This document shows positions 53,713 to 64,000 of a stretch of DNA of 64,000 nt, one piece after another; positions within the stretch are counted from its first letter, which is position 1, and the number at the start of each line of letters is the position of its first letter. The notes beneath the pieces are model-generated. The model made no database searches and was not told the DNA's origin. It saw only the letters and a list, made by a program, of their open reading frames with translations. Where the stretch lies: NCBI GenBank assembly GCA_951406725.2, contig OX597831.1, positions 76,260,001 through 76,324,000 on the forward strand, in the 5' to 3' direction. The stretch comes from Octopus vulgaris. Lineage: Eukaryota. Position numbers and translations under genes: made by a program.

Positions 53713-56700
53713 TCATAGGATCATAGTCAAGGTGGCTTCGTCATTCATACGTGCCATCCTTGCTACATTCACCCATCTTTTTTAAAACATTTATTAGACA
53801 AAACTTACCTCTCTACTCTCACTTTCCTTTTCAAGTGATACTTGAAGAAGTTGATGAGAGATTGACCAGAGAGGAAAGCGTTTGTCTCTAATCCTTTCAG
53901 GCGCGTCCACCAGATACATTCTTTCGCCATAGCCACAAGTATAATAAAAATAGCTCTTCTTTCCCGTTTGAAGGAAGGAGGCGTGACGATATTAACGATA
54001 GACTCGGCTGATAAACCGACACGTCCCACACGTGACAGCAGTCGTTCGACATAAGCCCACAGGTCGGAGATTGTTGGACACTGCACGATTGCGTGCAGAA
54101 CGGTTTCGTCGCTCTGACCGCATCTCGGGCAGGTCGGCCCCGTGTTTCTCGAGCCATGCCTATAGAGCTTATCCCGAACGGGTAGCGCTTCTCGGTAGCA
54201 CTGCCAGGCCAGGGATCTCTGGAAGTTGTCCCTAGGTCCCGGCCCGAAAGTCGTCTCAGACAGGCGGGTCAGGTATTCCTCGTCGACGCCCAGATTCGCC
54301 CCAAGATCGTCGTCGTACCTCTCCTCCACTAATCCTCTATAGAATGCTTGGGTTGTGTTGAAGTCACTCAAGGTCGACCCTGGACGGCAGAGTTGCTTGA
54401 GAGCAACGCGACACTCGCGGTGCCATTCGCCCTTCCTCGGCCTCTTTTTGATCCACGACTGCAGTTCTGTCATGGAGAAGAGCTTCGGGAAAGCATGCCT
54501 CACAAACGGCGACCACACCTGTTCACCGTCGTCTACATAGTGCCGGAGATGTCGCAGACTCAGCGCGTGTCTGCGCATCATCAACCACGGCATGCCCAGC
54601 CTTCCTTTTAACGGGTGTTGACAACAAATGGATCGCCTGACCATCGGGACGCATCCTTTCCACAAGAAGCGGAAGAGAATGCGTTGCAGTTTGGTGATGG
54701 TAGGGTCGGGACAAGGTACGACGGTGAGGCGGTAGTAAATGATGGACGCGATGTACGTGTTCACCACCTACACCCGACCTTTTAGAGACAGTTTTCTCTC
54801 GGCCCATTGCTGGGCGAGAGTGACCACCCTACTCGTTATCTCGTTCCAGTTCTTCTCCATTTGGAGGTCCGGACCGAACCAGACCCCGAGCAACTCAACC
54901 GGGCCGTCCGTCCAGCGTCCCACGACGGAGGTGCTGGTGGACGGCATGGGCTTGCCTCTCCAGGTGCCGAGCCGCAAGCCCACTGACTTTTCCCGGTTGA
55001 TTTTCGCTCCTGTCACCGCTTCGTAGTCTTTCAGTGTCTCGCCGACCAGCTCGATGTGCTCGTGGCTTGACACTATGACTGTGACGTCGTCTGCGTATGC
55101 AGACACGCTCGTCCCGCATCCCAATTCTCGCGGGATGCCCCTTAGAGTCGCCAGCTTCCGCAGTAGTGACTCGAGAGTAAATACGTATAGAAGCGACGAG
55201 AGGGGGCATCCCTGACGGACCGAACGTGCAATGTCGAAAGGCCTCGATAGATGTCCATTTACGCGAATTCCCGAACGGATGCCCCTATACAATGCAGCTA
55301 TCCAGCCGCGGAAGACGGGACCGAAACCAGCCGCTCTCAGGACTGCCTCCAAGTATCGATGGTCTACCCTATTGAAAGCTTTCGATTGATCCAAATTGAT
55401 CAGGGCCCCACCCATGCCAGGTTCCTTAACTACTGTGTCTATGATGTAGCGCATCAGATGGAGGTTGTCATAGATGCTCCGGCCCGGCACGGCACACTTT
55501 TGCGCCTTGTCGACCAGTTTCTCGGTGACAAGCGCCAACCTCTTGGCTAACACCTTGGTCAAAATTTTCAGGTCTGCATTGAGCAGAGTGATTGGCCTAA
55601 AGTTATCCATAATGTCCCCCTTGTTTGGATCTTTCTTCAGCAGCGTTACGGCTCCTCGACTCACAAAACCAGGCATCCTCCCGTTTTGGTGCCAGTTGCA
55701 GTATACCGCTGCCAAGACGTCTCCAAACAAGTCTGGCATACAATTGTAAAACTCGTAGGGTAGACCATCCAAACCCGGTGATTTGTCTCTCGAGCATTCT
55801 GCTATCGCTTCCTGCACTTCCGCCACCGTGATGGCACCTTCGCAGCACCCTGCCTTTCTTGTCGAGAGTCCTGGCAGGCTATGTAGGTAGGCACTGAAGT
55901 CCACCCTACGTTCTTGCCCTCCACTCGTCCCGAACAGTCGGGCAAAATGCTGCTGAAATGCCTCACACATCTTGCTGTGCTCGAGCAATTCGCGCCCTTG
56001 TTCATCTACCAGAGACCGAATGGTGGCTTTGTTGCCCTGCTGCACCTCTGCCACCCGGACCTCTCTCGCGGCTCCAACACCTTCGTTCCTTAGAGCACGT
56101 ATCCTAGCCCTGACAGCATACCCTTCGTGTTGGCGTTGAAGTGTTGGTCAAGGGCCAACCTCGCCGCTAAAACGTTGGGTGTGATGCCGCTTCTTATTGC
56201 CTCTTGTAACTTCTTAACTAACTCACCCTCTACCCTATTTCTGTCTACGGCTAGTGCCTTGCTATATCTAATTGCTTCCGCTTTTACTGCTCCCTTGAGG
56301 GCGAACCACCATTTGTTGTTGACGATGGCTCCCGTTAAAGCCCTCTTTACTGACGTGTTGATTCTGTCTCTGAAAACCTGTCTCGACGGGAAAGATGCGT
56401 TTAGTTTCCAGTAACCGGGACCCTGTCTATGTGCCTTGTATAAGTCTAGCGTACACGTCACGAATTTGTGATCCGTGTAGCTGACTGTATGGAATTGTGG
56501 ACATCCTATATCATCCCTGTCTACTGTCCTACACAGTATCCTATCTAGATACGATCTCGACGACCCACTGCGGCTGCTCCATGTCCACTTTGGTGCATTT
56601 GGGTGGTCGAGTCGGTACCTGTCAGACTGTTGGAATCGTCTGAGCAGGTCTCTGAGGCATTTGCATCCTCTTCTGTTTTTGTCTCTCCCCACATAGTCTA

Positions 56701-57148
56701 GATGCGTGTCCAAGGTAGCATTCCAATCCCCCACTAAAAGTAAAGGGCGAGACGATCCCAGGAATACTTCTAGACGTCGAAAGAAATCCGGTCGACCTGT
56801 TAAAGGCGGTGCGTAGACTGATACGAGTCGAAAAGCGCACTCATTGCTGCCGTCGACATCCAGGACAACTAGTCTACCCTCCGGGTCTACGAATATTGTT
56901 TTGACTTCGAGATCCAGGCTCTTGTGAAAAAGTACCGCGGTGCCACTACCGCCCATCCTCGACAGACAGGGAGAAAAATAAATGTTAAACTGTCCGCCGA
57001 ACATGGACTTTATGGCCCGTGGCTCGTGGAGTCTGGTCTCACTTATGGCTATGATTCCCAAATCGTGTGACTTGATGTCATTTAGGAGGTACCCTTGTTT
57101 CCAAGGAAACCCCAAGCCACGCGCATTCACACAACCAATCTTGACCAT
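53713..57148 (-). pseudogene. Tx1-like ORF2: APE endonuclease + RT + CCHC finger
   Basis: VNARG/ISET/GDWNA/YLDRI/TDH; KSPGLDG, FRPITLLNAD, RQGCPLS, YADD; CPRC…H…C. One frameshift (~56100) and stops at 54768 and 53805. Confidence 0.92.
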
Positions 57149-57201
57149 GATCCTATTGAGGTGTGTGCTTTAAAACACAAAAAGGAAGGTACAGAGAGTT
57201 A

Positions 57202-59125
57202 CTAACCTGTGTCGAAAGTGTTGGCTTCCTCGTCCTTTGATGTGTCTTGGAGGAGGTTTTTATAGAGTTTTTTAAAGGTATTTTTGGAACCCCCCAACCG
57301 CATTTGGAAAGAGGGCTTTGAGTGTGTGGTGTTGTGTTTGTGTGATGTGGAGTATTTTGATGTGGTTGGGTGGTGTAGTGCGTGGATGGTTGTTAGTTTT
57401 GAAGTCATCTTCACAGATGTTTGTGTGGGCTGTGATGTACTCCATTAGTTTTGAGTCTTTGGTGTCTATCGATGATAGCATTGTGTGTGTTTTTGTGGTG
57501 TTGGTGCTGGTTTGGTTGTGTAAAGAGCTTTCAGAGTTCAGATATATCCCTGCTTTGGTTGCATTTTCTTGTTTGTTTTTTTTTATCTTTTTCTATTTGT
57601 CACTCTGTCGAACTTTCGTCGTTAGACGAAAAGTCTGTCGAATCAGAAGGGGGTAAAGGTACATCATTTGCGTCTATATGTGTGTTTGTAGAAGGTATTA
57701 TTGTTTTGTGTGGTGTTTGTGTTGTTGGGGTGTTAGGGGCAGAATTTGTCTTTTCGTCATTGTTATTTGTTTTCTTGGTTGTTGTTCTTGGTGCTGGTGT
57801 TGGTGTTGGTCTGTCTTTTGATGTTAGTGGTGGTGTTATTTCTCTAGTTGGTTGCGATGTCGAAGGTAATTCTCTTCTTGGTGATGTGGTTGGTGATGGG
57901 GAAACAGTTTTTGTATCGTCTGCTGTTTTCCCTGTCTTTTGGGTTGAAGGTGGTGTGGGTAGCAGGCGTTTTCTTCCAGGTTTGGGGAGTGGTTGCTGTT
58001 GCTGTTGCCTATTTCTGGCAGCAGTTGGGCAATCGTATCTGAGGTGTGCCTCACTGTTGCACAAATAGCATCTTGGCCTCCTGCCCTCTACCACTACATA
58101 CAATTTTTGGTCCTTTTTCAGTTGAACACTGATTGGTAAATTGTTTATTGCTTCTTGGGAGATTTGAAGCAATATTTCGAGTTTTTTACCAGTCCAGCTT
58201 TCCTCTGAAATGTCGGCTATTTCTAAAATATCTGCTTCTATATCGAAGCAGATGGCTGATACCAGCCACTGGAGGCACATTGTTTATTGTTATTTTCGTT
58301 ACTCTGCGCCCAAGGTAGCTAGGTACCATTGTTACTTGGTCTGTGCGCAGAGTAAGCGTTGAAAACTTTTTTGCTAGTTCTTCCGTATGGAAGCGAACTT
58401 GCACGGTAGCAAATTTACTCCCCCAATTCACATAATTTCGGAATTTCCACACAGAAGCTAGGCACTTCTCAATTTTTCCTGTAGGTGGGCTTTCTGGTCT
58501 TTTTGTTTTGGTGTTGAATAATTTGTAGATGATGGTCTTCTTTTGTGTTTCTTCTATAATGTTCCGTGGAATATTTAAATGTATTGTGTCGCCTTCTTTG
58601 GTGAGCAAGGACTTTGTGTCTTGTATTTGTTTTAGGATTCTTTTTTTCGGTCGTATTGCTTCCGCGAAATTCGTCTTGTCTTTTTGTGGAGGTGGTGGTG
58701 GTGGTGATGTTTGTGGCAGAGTCGTTCGTAGTAGTAGTAGATAACTGTGAAGTCGGGTTGTTTACCAGTTTTTGAGTGGAGGTTGCGATGTTAGCTTTCA
58801 TACTTGCATTTGCGCTTGTGTTGATTTCCCCCATTTCCCCTCCTTCATCAAATTGTGGTGAAAGCAAAATAGGGAAATCAACGTCGAAAGCGTTGTTAAA
58901 AAGAGTGTCGGTGTTGATGGTGGAATCATTGGTGGCGGTGACGGTGGGCGGCCTGGTTTTGTAGTTGTTGCTGTTGTTGATGCTGATGGTGATGGTGATG
59001 GTGGTGGTGGTGGTGTTAGTGGCATTCAAACTGTCAGGTTCAGCGTTTGGTTGCAGGAAATCTTGCTCTTTTGTTTCGGCGTCACGCTTGACTTGCACCT
59101 TAGCCTCGTGGTGACCAGTAGCCAT
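57202..59125 (-). pseudogene. Tx1-like ORF1 (gag-like zinc knuckle), multiply frameshifted
   Basis: CYLCNSEAHLRYDC knuckle and T/P-rich tail; overlapping ORFs 58469-59125, 58186-58608 and 57600-58280. Confidence 0.8.
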
Positions 59126-59340
59126 TTATGAAAATAAAAATGGCTAAAATAAAACCACGAAGCCTTTGAGAATTTTTTAAAATTTTGCCCACAAAGGGCG
59201 AAATTTTGTGTGGATATTAATGAAAGTATGTGTTGGTTGTTGTTGTACACCTTTTAGACGTAAAATATTTGACGATCAACAATTTTAAACGTAGAAAACT
59301 ATCAACTTACGTGGAGCCCATTTGACTAGCGTCTGTCCAG

Positions 59341-59411
<71 letters not shown>

Positions 59412-59412
59412 C

Positions 59413-59674
<262 letters not shown>

Positions 59675-60033
59675 GTGAACTGAGAATTCCACATACATTG
59701 TGAGATCGGTCAATACATAACACGCTCTAAATAATCCGTTAATCCAGTTTCTGGCCTAATTATATTATTTTATCAAACACAGAAGAAAATAAAAGGTGAA
59801 GTTAGCTTGGCTGTGGTTTGAACTGAAGAGAAACATTGCTGTTTCACCGGATGCTCTACCGATTGTTCCAACCATCGTTGAAATGTATGAGCTAAATCCT
59901 CGCCACTTACTTAATGCCAATGGTCAGTTGAGTGCATAGCAGTTTATTTTTCCTAAATCCGTTTAAATTCGTTCTAACGAATTAACTAATCCTAAACACT
60001 ACGTTTACACCCGTTCTCTCTTTCTTCCCATCA

Positions 60034-60083
<50 letters not shown>

Positions 60084-60286
60084 CCACTGTTTCTATCATT
60101 CTTCTCGCTTTCTTTCTACCTCCACCTCTATCTTTCTCTCTATTTCTCTCCCTCTCTTTCTCTCTCTCTCTCTTTCACTCTCTCTTTCTGTCACCCTCCT
60201 TTTCTATCTTTCTTTTTATCCATTCTCCCTTTTTTTCCGGAATTAAATAACGTAGTCTCTCTTCTGATTGGTTCCTGGCTTATTAG

Positions 60287-60363
<77 letters not shown>

Positions 60364-60680
60364 ACTTATTCTTGTTGTTATCATCAATAATATGATTGTT
60401 CTTTAATTACAAACAACTAATCAATACAAATAATTAATAATGATGATTCTAATCTTTTTATCTTTATTTGTTTACTTATTTCAATCATTGGACTGCGACC
60501 ATGGAGGACCACCACGCAGAAGGTTTAATCGCACAAATCAGCCCATTACCTATTTTCCCTCTTTTTAAGTACCATACATATTTGGCAGTTGTTAGCAACC
60601 ATTGACCCGTTGTTCCCAACCCCTTTTATTTAAATAAGTTTTCTCATGGGCCCCTTTTAATATGCTTATCCTTTTGTGTT

Positions 60681-60731
<51 letters not shown>

Positions 60732-61220
60732 TTGAAATTTACAGGAAAACAAAAGACGAAGACCGGTGTATAAACAACAAACAGGTGTATTAGTTTGACG
60801 CTCCGGAAATTGAGAAAGTCTTTTATGTTTCGAGCCTACGCTCTTTAACGGAAAGGAACACGAGGAAATAAACAGAGAGAATATAATAAAAAAAGCTTGT
60901 GGATTTAGGGGTTAATCATGGCGACTGGTTGGGAAAAGTTATATATATATATATGTAAAATTTTGAATTTTGTTCTCGGACCCACAGTACTATCTTGGCG
61001 AATTACTAGTTGTCCGCGGATCCCAGGCTGGGAACCGTTGCTTAGACCCCTATGTCAAAGACTGAAAATTCCTGTTTTTTTTTGCGGGGAAAGGTACAGC
61101 AGATGCTTCCTGTTGTCTTCTGCTCCTTTACATATTTACTACTTACTCTGCTTGTCTCTTGCTCTCCAAACTTATCTTTGTGGCATGAGCCAGTTTAATT
61201 GTTCGGCCATGCACACATGT

Positions 61221-61266
<46 letters not shown>

Positions 61267-61554
61267 ATTTACTATTTTCGGATACATGACCTACTAATAC
61301 AGACACCCCCCCCCCACACACACATCTATATATATATATATATATATGTATATATACGACAGGTATCTTTCAGTTTTCTTCTCAGAAGGCTTTTGTCGTC
61401 CGGGACCTATATTTGAAGACACATCCCTAGTTACCCTGCTCTGGGCCTGAATCAGACAGCAGCTTTCTGCGGTCGGACGAACGGGAACGTGAAACTCTGA
61501 GTTGTGCTTGTTTTGTTATATTTTTGTGATGTTCGTGCAGCTTTAATAATAATA

Positions 61555-61630
<76 letters not shown>

Positions 61631-61631
61631 A

Positions 61632-61662
<31 letters not shown>

Positions 61663-61759
61663 ATGTATGTATGTATGTATGTATGTATGTATGTATGTAT
61701 AATCGTTGGCGATTCTTTTTTCTCCGTCTTCCTTTTCTCTTGCACTTTCCCTGTCTCCT

Positions 61760-61794
61760 GTTTCTGACGAAGAGCTTTGCTCGAAACGTTAAAC
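61760..61794 (+). ncRNA. Minimal type I hammerhead ribozyme, intact core
   Basis: GTTT-CTGACGA-a-GAGC ttt GCTC-GAAA-CG-TT-AAAC in a short element (61700-61895) ending in (TA)n. Confidence 0.75.
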
Positions 61795-61893
61795 CACCTT
61801 TCTTTCCTTCCCTGATCGTCTGCTAATGCTTTACATTTACTACGTCCTTGCATTGTTGTTTTTTGTGTTTGTTCTACGTTTTTTGGGGATTTG

Positions 61894-61949
<56 letters not shown>

Positions 61950-62039
61950 TGGCAATCAATAGAATGATCGATTGCAGTCCTATCAATGGTTAAGTTCCCG
62001 TTAAATGCCACGTCTTACCTTCGGTAGTTTGGATAATGA

Positions 62040-62925
62040 GAAAGCCTCCGCGTGGTTTCGCGATTATGCTAGAAATAGCAACCAAATCGCTTTTCCCCTA
62101 AATCACATCCTATCGTCTTGGGAAACGTTGAAGAACGTTATCCCTGGTTCTCTGTACATAGAAAAAAAAAATAAAATGAAACAGGATGGTCACAGTTGGA
62201 AAGCCTTTGATCATTAGGCTTCACGGAAGCTAAGCAGCAACAACGATACTGCTTTATCTGTTCTGTTTTTTTCCCATGTAGGTCTTTAATGAAGAACCTC
62301 TGGAAGGTAACAGCGTCGCCGCCGCTGCCACTACCACAACTGCTACCCGACAGCTCAACACCACAACCGGCACCACCGCGACTACCATCACCACCACCAC
62401 CACCACCACCACCATCACCACCCCACCACCATCACCATCAACACCACCACCACCACTACCACCACCACCACCATCACCACCAGCAACACTATTGTCATCA
62501 TACCCTCGTCACTGCCTCTTCCACCACCACAACCACCACCACCACCACAACCACCACCACAACCACCACCACCACCACAACCACCACCACCACCACCACC
62601 ACCACCACAATCACCACCACCACCACCATCACCACCCCTCCACCATTCCGACAACAACAACAACACAATATTAACCACATTAAAGAGAACAACACCAAAG
62701 GCATGAAAGAAGTTTTGTTGTTGTTGCTATTGTTTTGCACCGAATCAACTCTGAACAGGACTTACGATCAAAAAGCATATTCCAGCCGCGACCATCACTT
62801 CTTTTCTCCCAGATGTTAAATATGGAGAACTAAACTATTGCATTTAGAGAGGAAGAAATAATAATTAAATGGTAGATTTGGTTGTTACTTCTAGCATGTT
62901 GAGAGACCACATAGAGGCACTCTCA
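62040..62925. mobile_element. Two oppositely oriented copies of an old SINE-like repeat (62040-62230 +, ~62720-62925 -); also 3365-3410, 7545-7715, 35080-35240
   Basis: Shared cgtggt…gctagaaatagcag/accaaat…gatggtcacag/cgg…gatca motifs. Confidence 0.5.
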
Positions 62926-63970
62926 TTGGATTGTGTTGGTTGTTGTTGATGGTGGTGGTGGTGGAGGTGGTGGTGATGGTGGTGGTTGTGGTAGTACTAG
63001 TGATGGTTGTGGTGGTGGCGGTGGTGGTAGTGGTGGTGGTGGCGGTTGGGATAGTGGTAGTAGTGGTGGTCGTGGTGGTGATGGTGGTGGTTGTGGTAGT
63101 AGTGGTGGTGGTGGTGGATTAGTGGCGGTGGTGATGGTTGGGGTGGTGGTGGTTGTGGTAGTAGTGGTAGTGGTGATGGTGGTGGTTGTGGTGGTACTAG
63201 TGATGGTGGTGTTGGTGGTAGTAGTGGTGGTGGTGGTGTTTGTTGTGGTGATGGTGATGGTGATGGTGGTGGTGGTGGTGGTGGTGATCGTAACACAATC
63301 TTTTAGACAGAACCCAGATCGATATCTGTGTGTGGGTTCGAACAGCAAAGTGTATAAATGTGATGAGGTGAAGGAAAATATGTTGTTTCCTAAGAGAGGG
63401 GTGGGGTGGGGGAGAGATGTCGGGGGTAGGGAGAGGGAGGGTGGGGGGATGAAGGGGTTGATCGAAAGTTCGAACAGTTAAGGAGGCTGAGGATAGGAGA
63501 GGAAGAAGGAGGAGGGGAGGGAGGAAGAGGAAACCGAAGAGAAATGCATAGAAAACTGAAAGAGAGTGAGTGTGAGAGAGAGGGAGAGAGTGAGGGAGAG
63601 TTGTGTGTGTGAGTGTGCGTGTGTGTGTATGAGAGAGTGAGAGGAAGAGAGAGAGTAAGAGGAAGAGAGAGAGAGTGAGAGGAAGAGAGAGAGAGTGAGA
63701 GGAAGAGAGAGAGAGTGAGAGGAAGAGAGAGAGAGTTGTGAGTGTGAGTGTGTGTGTGTGAGGGAGTGAGAGGAAGAGAGAGAGAAAGACTGCGTATGTG
63801 AGAGAGAGAGAGAGAGATAAATAGATAGATAGGGAGAGAGAGAAAAAGAGACGTGCGTGTGACAGTGTGAGAGAAAGAGAGAATGCGTGTGTGTGTGTGT
63901 GTGTATGTGTGTGTGTGAGAGAGAGAGAGAGGGAGAGAGAGTGGGAGAAAGAGAGGCAAACTGAGGGAGA
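62320..63970. repeat. (CAC)n, (GGT)n and (GA)/(GT)-rich low-complexity tracts, including a GTGAGAGGAAGAGAGAGA unit
   Basis: Seen directly. Confidence 0.9.
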
Positions 63971-64000
63971 CACACAGCTAGGCAGAAGTAAGTAGAAGTA

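Larger units (their letters stand above)
53354..59340 (-). mobile_element. Near full-length Tx1/L1-clade non-LTR retrotransposon flanked by (GATA)n
   Basis: 5' UTR, ORF1, ORF2 and a 3' UTR with AATAAA, directly abutting (GATA)n arrays at 53220-53353 and 59341-59672. Confidence 0.92.

Noticed and set aside
54032-58964. Plus-strand ORFs over the Tx1 element
   Set aside because: Antisense shadows of the LINE ORFs with no independent motifs.

Overview
AT-rich eukaryotic (animal) genomic DNA with extreme microsatellite density: (TA)n, (CA)n, (TAA)n, (GATA)n, (CATA)n, (CAC/CAT)n. The repeat landscape resembles an octopus/coleoid cephalopod intron or gene desert (inference from the SINE families and microsatellite load). 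No confident host gene was found, and almost all ORFs in the track are microsatellite read-throughs. Mobile elements: a near full-length Tx1/L1-clade LINE (53354-59340) between (GATA)n arrays; several R4/Dong-type RLE LINE copies within (TAA)n arrays; a DD37E (TRT-type) Tc1 element; a mariner; CR1, RTE and Tc1 remnants; and several tRNA-derived SINE families. Highlights: (1) more than a dozen type I hammerhead-ribozyme motifs from several Penelope-like (pLTR) families next to (TA)n, some with clear stem covariation, a shared UAA internal loop in stem II, and a position in the spacer of fold-back inverted repeats; (2) a SINE whose 3' tail matches the 3' end of the Tx1 LINE; (3) an orphan ~550-bp non-coding element with fixed ends whose full-length copies all sit in (TAA)n. 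All calls were made by eye, and coordinates are approximate to a few bases.
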